The position numbers and the translations under genes were made by a program. From Fidelibacterota bacterium (GTDB lineage Bacteria; Fidelibacterota; Marinisomatia; Marinisomatales; UBA1611), in contig JBJKZY010000046.1 in assembly GCA_045568995.1 (NCBI GenBank), positions 1,575 to 65,574 on the forward strand: a stretch of DNA of 64,000 bases, read 5' to 3'. The notes beneath the pieces are model-generated. The model ran no database searches and was not told the DNA's origin. It saw nothing but the letters and a program-made list of their open reading frames with translations. This document shows, in pieces, positions 17,930 to 27,445 of this stretch. Every line of letters begins with the position of its first letter. Position 1 is the first letter of the stretch.

Positions 17930-20347
17930 TTAAAAATTAAATATTAAAGAGGAAATGTATTGTCTAGGCATTATTGGCCTAAAACCTGCTGGTCTAGTAG
18001 ATGCAACAGCACTAAGGTTTGTTAAATTATTAATTTTGAAATTTAAAGAAATGTTTTTATTAAATTGATAGTTAGTAACTAAGTCAAATATTTTAAGAGA
18101 GCTTGTACTGTTTGCCATTATAAAATCTCCTTGCCCTGCAACTGTTCGGGTTTTATCAACATACTTAAAACGAACATATGATTTTATATTTTTCTTATTG
18201 ACACCCAATTTTAGGTGTAACATTTTTTTAGGAATATAGGGTAGTTCATCATTTATTTTGACATTTCCCCAAGGATCAAAATCACTGTTAAAATTATTTT
18301 TAAATCTTGCGTCAGTAAACGTGAATGAAAGAGAAGCTGGAAATAGAAAATCATTAATAGAAATTAAATTACTTAGTGATAATTCAATTCCTTGAATCAA
18401 AACCTTACCACCATTAAACTGAGCATAGGTGCCTTCACCTGTTGCATCAGTATCTTCGCCTAATAAGTTCTTATAATTATTATGGAAAAGAACTAATTCT
18501 GACGATTGAAACCCCCTATTATATCTTGCACCTAATTCAAAGTTTACGCTTTCCTCAGGTAATATTTCATCTTCATCATCAATTCCTGGTCCTGGTGGAG
18601 AAAAGCCAGAATGAATACCTGCAAAACCTTGAATCCCATTAGCTAATTGGTATGAAAAAGCTAGACCTGGAATGAAAATATTAAGTGATGCTTTTTTGAT
18701 AGAATTTGCAGTCGAATCTCTATCCAAATCATTCCCCCAATCTTTTCTTTCAAGTGAAATAGTTTCAATTCGTGATCCTGCAGTTATTATAATTTTATCA
18801 TACTGTAATTCATTTTCTACAAAAAAAGATCTTGCATTAGCTGAGTATAATCTATTGTTTTTACTTCCTTCACCTTTGATTCCTGGTGATGTGATAAATA
18901 ATTCTCCACCTTGCATTTTATAGAGATCAGACCACTGAAATCGATCCATTTTATCTAAATGCTGCCTTACTCCAATCATCAGATTGTGGTTTGTTTTTAA
19001 AAAAGAAAAATTTGATCTCAAAATAGATTGAATTCCTCTTGAGTTATATTGTCTATTATTTGCTTTAATATTGTATTCATCATCATTTGAATTTAGAGCA
19101 GATAATAAATTGTATGCATATTCTGTACCTTCATCTTGATTAAGAATGGATCCTATTTTTTTTCCATTTACGGTGTTTAGCTTATACCAATTTCGGTGAA
19201 AATTATTGTTATATAATGTTGTTGTTATGTCAAAATTTGAGTTGAAACTAATGGCAGATGTAAGAGTAATTTGGTCATGATTTGCATTCATTTGATCATT
19301 TTTTGAGGCAAGATATCTCCTATATGGATTCTCATTATAATCATCAAAAGTTAAACCTAAATAAGTTTCATTACTTAATTCTTCAGTTTGACTAACCTTC
19401 AGTTCTAATGCAGCATTATTAGAACTAGTATTAATTCGGGTTTTAAGTAAAAAATCTTTTTTATCATAGCCCGTATTACCACCTAAATCTAATTCCTTAA
19501 ATCCTTCTGCATTATCCAAATGACTCTGAACCATTAATCCAAAATTTTTAGAAGAAACTCCGGTCTTAAATTTTGCAAGTTTTTTATTTTGATCACCGTA
19601 TGAAATAGTTCCTTTAAAATCTAATTTTTGTGGGATTGTAGCCGAAACATAGTTAATGGACCCCCCTGTAGAATGAGGTCCATATTTAATTTGTGATGAT
19701 CCTTTTCTTATTTCAAAGGACTCCATCCTGCCTGCAGTTGGGGAATAATATGCCGCTGGGGAAGAATAAGGTGCAGGAGCAATCAATATACCATCTTCCA
19801 TTAAATTAATTTTAGCACTTCTTTCTAGACCTGTTCCTCTCATGCCAATATTTGGTCTAAGACCATATCCATCCTCCTCTTGCGTATAAACTCCAGGAAT
19901 CTGAGAAACCACACGATTAATATCAGTGTCATTAAACTCCAGTACTTCTTTTTTTGAAATAAGACCTATAGATCCAGGTAACCTGTAATAGTTTTGCCCA
20001 AAACCTGAGATCCTAGATCTTTCAGCAATCACATCAATGGGAGAGAATTCAACGGTATTCTGTTCTAATTCAAACATCGTTAGATCGGTATTGTAATTAC
20101 TATTAAAAACTTCAAGTTTATCATAGCCTACTGCGGTAATTCTTAAGGATACTATTTCTGAAGTAAGTAATCTAAGGGAGAATATACCATTTTCATCGGA
20201 AGTTGTGCCTTCATTAGAATGTCCAATTAATTCAATATTCGCTTCAATAATAGGCATCCCCGATTTGGAGTCAATTACTTTTCCAAGAAAAGTGTTTGCT
20301 AAGGAAGGACTAATAATGATAAAAGTACTTATTATAAAATTTTTCAT
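17930..20347 (-). CDS. TonB-dependent outer-membrane receptor with CarboxypepD_reg-like N-domain
   Basis: 805 aa; signal peptide; N-domain GKVIDSKSGMPIIEANIELIG..TSDENGIFSL; plug region; beta-barrel repeats; terminal ..LIFNF. Confidence 0.9.
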   Translation of the reverse strand: MKNFIISTFIIISPSLANTFLGKVIDSKSGMPIIEANIELIGHSNEGTTSDENGIFSLRLLTSEIVSLRITAVGYDKLEVFNSNYNTDLTMFELEQNTVEFSPIDVIAERSRISGFGQNYYRLPGSIGLISKKEVLEFNDTDINRVVSQIPGVYTQEEDGYGLRPNIGMRGTGLERSAKINLMEDGILIAPAPYSSPAAYYSPTAGRMESFEIRKGSSQIKYGPHSTGGSINYVSATIPQKLDFKGTISYGDQNKKLAKFKTGVSSKNFGLMVQSHLDNAEGFKELDLGGNTGYDKKDFLLKTRINTSSNNAALELKVSQTEELSNETYLGLTFDDYNENPYRRYLASKNDQMNANHDQITLTSAISFNSNFDITTTLYNNNFHRNWYKLNTVNGKKIGSILNQDEGTEYAYNLLSALNSNDDEYNIKANNRQYNSRGIQSILRSNFSFLKTNHNLMIGVRQHLDKMDRFQWSDLYKMQGGELFITSPGIKGEGSKNNRLYSANARSFFVENELQYDKIIITAGSRIETISLERKDWGNDLDRDSTANSIKKASLNIFIPGLAFSYQLANGIQGFAGIHSGFSPPGPGIDDEDEILPEESVNFELGARYNRGFQSSELVLFHNNYKNLLGEDTDATGEGTYAQFNGGKVLIQGIELSLSNLISINDFLFPASLSFTFTDARFKNNFNSDFDPWGNVKINDELPYIPKKMLHLKLGVNKKNIKSYVRFKYVDKTRTVAGQGDFIMANSTSSLKIFDLVTNYQFNKNISLNFKINNLTNLSAVASTRPAGFRPIMPRQYISSLIFNF

Positions 20348-20430
20348 CTCAATAAACCTTTAATAATTATAAAATTTAAAATTGTGCAATTCTAACCACA
20401 GTAAATCAAGCCTAATTATTTTTAAATTTT

Positions 20431-20499
20431 GGGGCTTCAAATTATATCTTGGGATTTAGACCTTGGATTTCGAAACAAGGAAAAATATTTCAGAGCCCC
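20431..20499. promoter_or_regulatory. Nested inverted repeats in the 302-nt spacer between the TBDR and the fad regulator
   Basis: GGGGCT (20431..20436) pairs with AGCCCC (20494..20499). The inner hairpin is CCTTG (20461..20465) / CAAGG (20476..20480) with a loop containing TTTCGAAA. G/C-rich arms stand out in AT-rich DNA. Confidence 0.3.
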
Positions 20500-20626
20500 G
20501 GGATTACATATCTTATTGTTAATGAGACTTAATCTCAATAAGCTAAGCTACAAAAAGATTTATTATTCTGTCAACTATTATTTAGTTAATAATATTATTG
20601 TCACCAAATTTATTTCTTTTTAAATT

Positions 20627-20648
20627 ATACCGACCAGTCAGTCAATAT
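20627..20648. promoter_or_regulatory. Imperfect palindrome ATACCGAC-N6-GTCAATAT abutting the TetR start (candidate operator)
   Basis: 6 of 8 arm positions are complementary; it ends 1 nt before the ATG at 20650. Confidence 0.2.
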
Positions 20649-20649
20649 T

Positions 20650-21252
20650 ATGAATAAAGATCTAAAAGACATACGAAAAGAGCAAATAATGTCCGCTGCC
20701 CAAGCTGTTGTTGTTAGCAAAGGATATGACCAAAGTCGAATGGATGATATAGTAGAAAAAGCACAATTATCAAAAGGGGCTATCTACTGGTATTACAAAT
20801 CAAAAAAAGACGTCTATCTATCTTTAATAGATTACTGGTTTAATGAATATAGCGAAGGAATATTTAATTGCCTTGAAGACAAACAATCCTCGTCAGATAA
20901 ACTGAGAACATTATTTCAATATTTTGTAGATCAGTTTGATGAAAATCCGGACACTTTCAAAATTATGGTTGAATTTTGGAGAACTTCTGGATTAGACTCT
21001 GATTTTAATGCCAAGCTTCAAGAGATTTATTCTCATTTTTTAGAATACATAATTGATATTATCAAAAACGGCATTGATAATAATGAGTTCAAAAAAGTAG
21101 ACCCTAGGATTACCGCATTATCCATCCTTGTTAATATTGAAGGAATTCACTGGTTTACCCTATTTGATAAGTCGGGTGTGGAAGCACACGAATATATAAA
21201 TACCATTTCAAATTTTATTTTAAACGGTCTCAAAAAGAAGAGTGAAGAATGA
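20650..21252 (+). CDS. TetR-family regulator, FadR(YsiA)-like by context
   Basis: 200 aa; HTH SRMDDIVEKAQLSKGAIYWYYKSKKDV; ATGA overlap with the acyl-CoA dehydrogenase gene. Confidence 0.85.
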   Translation: MNKDLKDIRKEQIMSAAQAVVVSKGYDQSRMDDIVEKAQLSKGAIYWYYKSKKDVYLSLIDYWFNEYSEGIFNCLEDKQSSSDKLRTLFQYFVDQFDENPDTFKIMVEFWRTSGLDSDFNAKLQEIYSHFLEYIIDIIKNGIDNNEFKKVDPRITALSILVNIEGIHWFTLFDKSGVEAHEYINTISNFILNGLKKKSEE

Positions 21253-23039
21253 ATATTAAAGAAATACTTGATCTAAAAATTGGTGGACAGTGGCTAGTCT
21301 CTCCAGCTGCTAAAGAAAACATTCTTTGCAGGGAGAACTTTAGCCAGGAACATAAAGATATTGAAAAAATGGTTTTGAAATTCGTTAGTGAAAGATTGCA
21401 TCCTAATATTAAAAAAATTGAAAAATTGGATGAGGATTTTAGTCGATCTATTATGGAAGAAATGGGGAACCTTGGACTTATCGGCATAGATGCGCCAGAA
21501 GAATATGGAGGAACCGAGCTTGATAAGATTACGTCTTGCATTGTATCAGAAGGTGTTGGTTTTGGTGGATCTGCTTCTTTTGGATGTACCTTTGGAGTCC
21601 AAACTGGGATTGGTAGTCTAGGTATTGTATTCTTTGGTACTCCAGAACAAAAGAAAAAATACTTACCGAAGCTAATGAGCGGTGAATCGATTGCAGCCTA
21701 CGGACTCACAGAACCTTCTTCTGGATCTGATGCACTGTCAGCCAAAACATCTGCGGTTTTATCTGAAGATGGTACACATTACGTATTAAATGGAGAAAAA
21801 CAATTTATCAGCAATGGTGGATGGGCAGATGTCTATACAGTACTTGCCCAGGTCGATGGAAATAAATTTTCAGGTTTTATCGTAGATCGAGATACAAAAG
21901 GGTTTTCTATAGGACCAGAAGAAAAAAAAATGGGGATGAAAGGTTCGTCTACCACATCCTTAAAATTCACCAATGCTGAAGTTCCAGTAGAAAATCTACT
22001 TTATGAAGTTGGTAAAGGAGCAAGTATTGCTTTTAATGCATTAAATATTGGTCGTTATAAGCTTGCAGCAGCAAGCGTTGGAGGATCAAAACTAGCAATC
22101 CGTGAAACCATAAGCTACGCGCTTCAAAGAAGACAATTTGGTCAACCTCTTTCCAAATTTGACTCTATTATAGGAAAAATTGCAGATATAACGATTCAGA
22201 CTTATGTGGCAGATACGATGCTATATCGAACGGTTGGTATGATTCAAGATGCTGTTGAAGACTTAGATAAATCTGACTCCAGTTATTATAAAAAGATGGG
22301 CGAAACCATGGAAAGATTTGCTGTAGAAGCATCGATGGCAAAAATTTATGGCAGCGAGACTTCTTCGATGGTCGTAGATCATTGTCTCCAAATTTTTGGA
22401 GGATATGGATTTATCGAAGAGTACCCTATGGCAATGCCTTATCGAGATGATAGGATAAATCAAATTTGGGAAGGAACCAATGAAATAAACCGTGCAATCA
22501 TCACTGGATACATGATGAAAAAAGTTCTTATGGAGGAAATTTCACTACGAGATTATTTAAAAAATCTGGATGACTTTTTGGGTACTTCTGCTAAGGAAAA
22601 TAAAAAAGATCTTTTCCATAAAGAAAAACACGCTCTAGAATCAGCAAAAATGTTGACAGCTTTGATTTTTCAAGAAGCGCTTTGTTCCTTTGGCCAGGAT
22701 CTAAAACATGAACAACAGCTAAGTGAAACTTTAGCAGATATGTTTACTCACCTTTTCACGTCTGAATCATTGATCGCAAGAGTAAAGCAAACAATGTCCT
22801 CAGAGAGAAACTCTGCCATGGCAATGAACATTGCAAAAATTGATGTAACAGAGTCCTTTCTAGATATCATTCTCATGAGTGGGAAATGTTTAAATAGAAT
22901 TTTTGAAGAAAAGACTCCAGGACATATATCAGATACAGTAAAAAAACTTACATCTAAAATGAAACTGAATACAGATACCATCATGCTTAAGAAGTTGTTA
23001 GGTGAGTATATGTTTGAACAAAAAAAATACCCCTTTTAG
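21249..23039 (+). CDS. fadE: Long-form acyl-CoA dehydrogenase (B. subtilis FadE/YusJ-like)
   Basis: 596 aa; YGLTEPSSGSDA, QIFGGYGFIEEYPMAMPYRDDRINQIWEGTNEI. Confidence 0.9.
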   Translation: MNIKEILDLKIGGQWLVSPAAKENILCRENFSQEHKDIEKMVLKFVSERLHPNIKKIEKLDEDFSRSIMEEMGNLGLIGIDAPEEYGGTELDKITSCIVSEGVGFGGSASFGCTFGVQTGIGSLGIVFFGTPEQKKKYLPKLMSGESIAAYGLTEPSSGSDALSAKTSAVLSEDGTHYVLNGEKQFISNGGWADVYTVLAQVDGNKFSGFIVDRDTKGFSIGPEEKKMGMKGSSTTSLKFTNAEVPVENLLYEVGKGASIAFNALNIGRYKLAAASVGGSKLAIRETISYALQRRQFGQPLSKFDSIIGKIADITIQTYVADTMLYRTVGMIQDAVEDLDKSDSSYYKKMGETMERFAVEASMAKIYGSETSSMVVDHCLQIFGGYGFIEEYPMAMPYRDDRINQIWEGTNEINRAIITGYMMKKVLMEEISLRDYLKNLDDFLGTSAKENKKDLFHKEKHALESAKMLTALIFQEALCSFGQDLKHEQQLSETLADMFTHLFTSESLIARVKQTMSSERNSAMAMNIAKIDVTESFLDIILMSGKCLNRIFEEKTPGHISDTVKKLTSKMKLNTDTIMLKKLLGEYMFEQKKYPF

Positions 23040-23048
23040 GAGAAAATA

Positions 23049-23192
23049 ATGAGCGAGTTACAAGAATCAATTGTTAGAAGTCAAGCTATATTAATGCTGA
23101 ACAGAAATCCAGGAAAAACTTACATTTGGAAACGTGTGCATAATCGATTTATGAGATGTATCAACATATCAAAAAAAATTAATAAACTTTAA
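23049..23192 (+). CDS. Small basic ORF (47 aa) between fadE and fadA
   Basis: Not in the track (<60 aa). ATG at 23049 is preceded by AGGAG with a 6-nt spacer (TAGGAGAAAATAATG). Product MSELQESIVRSQAILMLNRNPGKTYIWKRVHNRFMRCINISKKINKL. No homology recognised. Confidence 0.4.
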   Translation: MSELQESIVRSQAILMLNRNPGKTYIWKRVHNRFMRCINISKKINKL

Positions 23193-23208
23193 TTGGTAGG
23201 ATAAAAAT

Positions 23209-24339
23209 ATGAATGAATCAGTAATTATTGATGCGGTTCGATCTCCAATCGGTCTAAAAAATGGCGGATTAGTTGGTATACGGCCAGATGACCTTACAGC
23301 ACAGGTGGTAACAGGGCTTTTAGATAGAAATCCAAATCTCAATTCAAATAAAATTGAGGATTTTATTTTAGGATGCGCATTTCCAGAAGGTCCCCAGGGT
23401 ATGTTAATGGCAAAAGGAGTCGCTATACTATCAAGAATTCCAGAGAATTGTGCAGGTGCAGTGGTAAATCGATTTTGTGGTTCCTCTATGGATGCATTGC
23501 ATCAGATAAGCTCAAAAATTGAGACGGGGGATATTCAATGTGGGATCGCTGCAGGTGTTGAAGATATGTTTTCAGTTCCTATGGGAGGATTCAATCCTGA
23601 TTTTCATCCAGACCTCGCAGAACAGGAATACTATATTGGTATGGGCGAAACAGCAGAGATACTGGCTAAAGAGGGAAACATATCACGTGAGCAACAGGAA
23701 GAATTTTCAGTTAAGTCACACGAAAAGGCTCTAAAGGCGTGGAAAGAAAATCATTTTGAAAATGAAATTGTTCCTATTGATATGTATGGTGAATCGACAA
23801 TAGAACAAGATGAAGGCCCAAGAGAACCTAATTTAAAAAAGATTAAGAGTCTTGATCCTGCATTTTTAGAGGGGGGTACTATTACCGCAGCAACTTCTAG
23901 CCCTGTATCTATTGGTGCAGCCGCAGTATTGCTAACAAGCAGAGATTTTGCTGAAAAAAACGGACTAAAAATACGAGCTAACATTAAAGGCAGATCAGTC
24001 GCCGGAGTTGACTGGAGACGAATGGGAATGGGGCCACTACCAGCAACGCAAAAAATTCTATCTAAGACAGGATTATCCATGGATGAAATTGATGTAATTG
24101 AACTTAATGAAGCTTTCGCTGCACAATCCCTTTACGTTATTCAAAAAGGAAACTGGGATATATCTAAAGTGAATCATAATGGCGGAGCAATCGCATTGGG
24201 ACATCCTCTAGGTTGTTCTGGGGCAAGAATCATTACAACACTGGTGAATGTTTTAGAACAACAAGATGCCAAAAGAGGCCTCGCTACTATGTGTATTGGT
24301 ACCGGACAGGGCATTGCAACTATTTTGGAAAGGGACTGA
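23209..24339 (+). CDS. fadA: Acetyl-CoA C-acyltransferase (3-ketoacyl-CoA thiolase)
   Basis: 376 aa; NRFCGSSMDAL (nucleophilic Cys), NEAFAAQ, NGGAIALGHPLGCSGARI. Confidence 0.9.
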   Translation: MNESVIIDAVRSPIGLKNGGLVGIRPDDLTAQVVTGLLDRNPNLNSNKIEDFILGCAFPEGPQGMLMAKGVAILSRIPENCAGAVVNRFCGSSMDALHQISSKIETGDIQCGIAAGVEDMFSVPMGGFNPDFHPDLAEQEYYIGMGETAEILAKEGNISREQQEEFSVKSHEKALKAWKENHFENEIVPIDMYGESTIEQDEGPREPNLKKIKSLDPAFLEGGTITAATSSPVSIGAAAVLLTSRDFAEKNGLKIRANIKGRSVAGVDWRRMGMGPLPATQKILSKTGLSMDEIDVIELNEAFAAQSLYVIQKGNWDISKVNHNGGAIALGHPLGCSGARIITTLVNVLEQQDAKRGLATMCIGTGQGIATILERD

Positions 24340-24342
24340 TCT

Positions 24343-26688
24343 ATGGAAAAAAAGATTAAAAAAGTAGCAGTACTTGGTGCCGGAGTAATGGGAGCCCAAA
24401 TAGCAGGACACTTGGGCAACGCTGGTATCCCCTCTTATCTTTTTGATATGAATAAAGAATTATCAGAGAAAGGCAAGAGCACACTGACATCCCTAAAACC
24501 AAAACCACTATACAAACCAAAAAATGTGGATCTGGTTACGACCTGCACCTATGATGATGACATAGAAAAAATTTCTGAAGTGGACTGGGTAATTGAGGTA
24601 GTAGTGGAACGCCTAGATATTAAAGAAACAATATACCAAAAATTATTACCACACCTTAAGAAAAAAGCCATACTTACCTCAAACACCTCGGGAATCCCTT
24701 TACAGGACCTCACTAAAAATCTGCCAGATAATGTAAAAGAACGTTTCATGATCACTCACTTTTTCAATCCACCTAGGTACATGCAATTATTAGAATTGGT
24801 ACGTGGAAAGGAGACTACAGATGAAACCTATGAAACAATGATGGAATTTGGAGAATCTATTTTAGGGAAAGGAATTGTTCATGCTAAAGATACTCCAAAC
24901 TTTATTGGAAATCGTATCGGTGTCTATGGTATGATGATCGCAATTAATCTTGCTCAAGAATACGGACTCACAGTTGAAGAGGTTGATAAATTAACTGGTC
25001 CGATTTCAGGTCGGCCAAAAAGCGCGACCTTCCGAACTGCTGATGTTGTCGGTCTGGATACATTAAAGAGCGTATCGCTTACAACCTATGATAAGGCTCA
25101 GGAGGATGAAGAGCGTGATATATTTCAGATTCCAGCCATTTTAGAAAGCCTAATAGCATCAGACCGATTGGGACAAAAAACAAAAGCAGGTTTTTATAAA
25201 AAAAATGAAGACCGTTCTATCCACTCAGTAGATCTAAAAACTGGTGAATATAGTCCAATGGGGCAGGTACGATTTGACTGCTTCAGAATCGCAAAAGACA
25301 GGCAACGATTATCGGATAAAATTACAGCCCTGTGCTTTGGTGATGATAGAGGTAGTAAATATTTTTGGGAGATTACTGCCAAAATGTTTATCTATAGCGC
25401 AAATCGCGTTCCTGAAATTTCAGATAACATTCTAAATATAGACAATGCTATGAAATGGGGATTTGGCTGGGAGGCAGGTCCTTTTGAAACCTGGGATATG
25501 CTTGGAATTAAAAAAACTATCGATAGAATGAAATCAGAAGGTAAAACTGTTCCCCAATGGGTATTGGATATGTTAAAATCAGGGAGAGAAACATTCTACC
25601 AAGTTGATAATGGTATAAAATCTTATTGGTGCCCCATAGAAAAGAGCGCACTAAACATTAATAACAATTCAAAGGTTTTCAATATATCAATCCACAAGAC
25701 TGGGAACAATACCATTAAAAGAGACCTTAGTGCTAGTCTTAATGATATGGGAGATGGCGTACTAAATGTTGAATTCCATTCTATTCTACAGCCTACCCTT
25801 CATCCTATCGACAGCTCGTATATTGAGATGATCAATCTTGCAATTGACATGATTGAAAAAGGTGACTATATGGCCATGGTTCTTGGTCATCAGGGTGCAA
25901 ATTTTTGTGCTGGAGCTAACCTGAACCTACTACTGGAATTAAGCCAAAACAATCAATGGGAGGCACTTGATTTTGCAGTAAAGACATTGCAAGACATGAC
26001 TCAAAGGATCAGATTCTCTCCAGGGCCCGTTGTAGCAGCACCATTTCAGCTAACACTAGGTGGAGGTGTCGAACTGGTACAGCCTGCAGCCCACAGAATT
26101 GCAGCAGCGGAGACCTATATGGGTCTGGTTGAAGTAGGCGTAGGACTAATTCCTGGCGGCGGTGGTAATCTAAGAATGATTTTGAATGCTATGGATGGAG
26201 GAACCGGTAGAATGGGAGCCTTTCAAAAAATACAAAAAACATTTGAGACAGTTGGATTTGCTAAAATTGCGACCAGTGCAGATGAGGCAAAACACCTTGG
26301 TTATTTAAAAAAAGATGACACGGTTATATTGAACCGGGACTACCTCATTCAGGCTGCCAAAGATAAGGCTATTGAACTAGCTCAAAACTATACTTTACCT
26401 ACCTATCGAGATGATCTAAAACTTCCTGGAGCTGGTGGTAGAACTGCCATGGCTATGGCACTAAAAGGATTTAAGATGCAGGGGAAAATTTCTGATCATG
26501 ACCAAAAAATAGGAGAAAAGCTTGCTTATGTTTTAACAGGAGGAGACAAAGCTGGACTTACCAAATCAGTGGATGAACAATACATCCTTGATATTGAGAG
26601 AGAGGCTTTTGTCTCTCTTGCTGGAGAACAATTAACCCAGGACCGAATTAAATATATATTAAAGAAAGGAAAACCCTTACGAAATTAG
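24343..26688 (+). CDS. fadN: Bifunctional 3-hydroxyacyl-CoA dehydrogenase (N-terminal) / enoyl-CoA hydratase (C-terminal), FadN type
   Basis: 781 aa; KVAVLGAGVMGAQIAGH Rossmann motif, NTSGIP, HFFNPPRYM; C-terminal crotonase-like NFCAGANL..GGGVEL. Confidence 0.9.
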   Translation: MEKKIKKVAVLGAGVMGAQIAGHLGNAGIPSYLFDMNKELSEKGKSTLTSLKPKPLYKPKNVDLVTTCTYDDDIEKISEVDWVIEVVVERLDIKETIYQKLLPHLKKKAILTSNTSGIPLQDLTKNLPDNVKERFMITHFFNPPRYMQLLELVRGKETTDETYETMMEFGESILGKGIVHAKDTPNFIGNRIGVYGMMIAINLAQEYGLTVEEVDKLTGPISGRPKSATFRTADVVGLDTLKSVSLTTYDKAQEDEERDIFQIPAILESLIASDRLGQKTKAGFYKKNEDRSIHSVDLKTGEYSPMGQVRFDCFRIAKDRQRLSDKITALCFGDDRGSKYFWEITAKMFIYSANRVPEISDNILNIDNAMKWGFGWEAGPFETWDMLGIKKTIDRMKSEGKTVPQWVLDMLKSGRETFYQVDNGIKSYWCPIEKSALNINNNSKVFNISIHKTGNNTIKRDLSASLNDMGDGVLNVEFHSILQPTLHPIDSSYIEMINLAIDMIEKGDYMAMVLGHQGANFCAGANLNLLLELSQNNQWEALDFAVKTLQDMTQRIRFSPGPVVAAPFQLTLGGGVELVQPAAHRIAAAETYMGLVEVGVGLIPGGGGNLRMILNAMDGGTGRMGAFQKIQKTFETVGFAKIATSADEAKHLGYLKKDDTVILNRDYLIQAAKDKAIELAQNYTLPTYRDDLKLPGAGGRTAMAMALKGFKMQGKISDHDQKIGEKLAYVLTGGDKAGLTKSVDEQYILDIEREAFVSLAGEQLTQDRIKYILKKGKPLRN

Positions 26689-26704
26689 TATAAAAAAGAT
26701 GTAG

Positions 26705-27445
26705 TTATTTTGGCAAGCGTTTCAGGTTCTTTTCGTGAAAAAGATCATCTCTCAAGCCTTTATCAATTTTTATATCTGTAAAAGTAATTTCTGTGGAATG
26801 TTTTTTTGTAATATTTTCCACAAATACCTTTTTTAAAACATGATAGGGTTTTATATGTTCATATTGAAAGACTTTGTTCTTTTCAATGTCCCCTCTTTTA
26901 TTATAAGAACTTTCTTTCAATAGATTTAGCGTCTTTTTTTCTATCCATGATATATGTTTACCATAAGAGGACTTAACTTTCTTTTTTGGAATAATTTCTA
27001 ATACGTAACAATCTAAATTATCTACAATTTCATCACTCAAGCGTGTATAGTTATTATTATTAACGTTACGGTTTGAAAGATCTTCAAAGCTTAAATCAGA
27101 TCCCATAAATGAATCACCTTTTTTCTTAGCAGAAATACGACGAACTCTTTTAAACGCCGGAAGCCACATACGCATATCATCGCCAGAATCATGTTCCACT
27201 TTTAAAAAAGATACCCCTCGATCATCTTTCGGCTCTTGAAACCAAATCATTTGTTTCTTATTTTTATTTAGTGATTTTGAAATCATTATGTTGGTACGAG
27301 ACTTACCCTTTTGATTGGTAAGAATCATTCTTGTTGTATTACTTAAATCTTTTGGAGCAGGTTTTTGATCTAACATTTGGGCAATTTCAAGTCCCGTTTG
27401 TGCACACAAAAAAATTTGAGTAAGCAATATAAATATCCATTTCAT
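26705..27445 (-). CDS. LolA-like outer-membrane lipoprotein-sorting family protein (module A)
   Basis: 246 aa; signal peptide; family motif SFMGSDLSFEDLSNR; ATGA overlap with the upstream RND gene. Confidence 0.75.
   Translation of the reverse strand: MKWIFILLTQIFLCAQTGLEIAQMLDQKPAPKDLSNTTRMILTNQKGKSRTNIMISKSLNKNKKQMIWFQEPKDDRGVSFLKVEHDSGDDMRMWLPAFKRVRRISAKKKGDSFMGSDLSFEDLSNRNVNNNNYTRLSDEIVDNLDCYVLEIIPKKKVKSSYGKHISWIEKKTLNLLKESSYNKRGDIEKNKVFQYEHIKPYHVLKKVFVENITKKHSTEITFTDIKIDKGLRDDLFHEKNLKRLPK

Noticed and set aside
20348-20649. Cobalamin or TPP riboswitch, Fur box or a tRNA in the long TBDR leader. A TPP riboswitch upstream of thiN (41975..42057) was also considered.
   Set aside because: The core motifs are absent: B12 box GCCACUG, TPP CUGAGA...CCUGAUCUGG, Fur GATAATGATAATCATTATC. 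The 69-nt nested repeat lacks D and T arms of the correct geometry.
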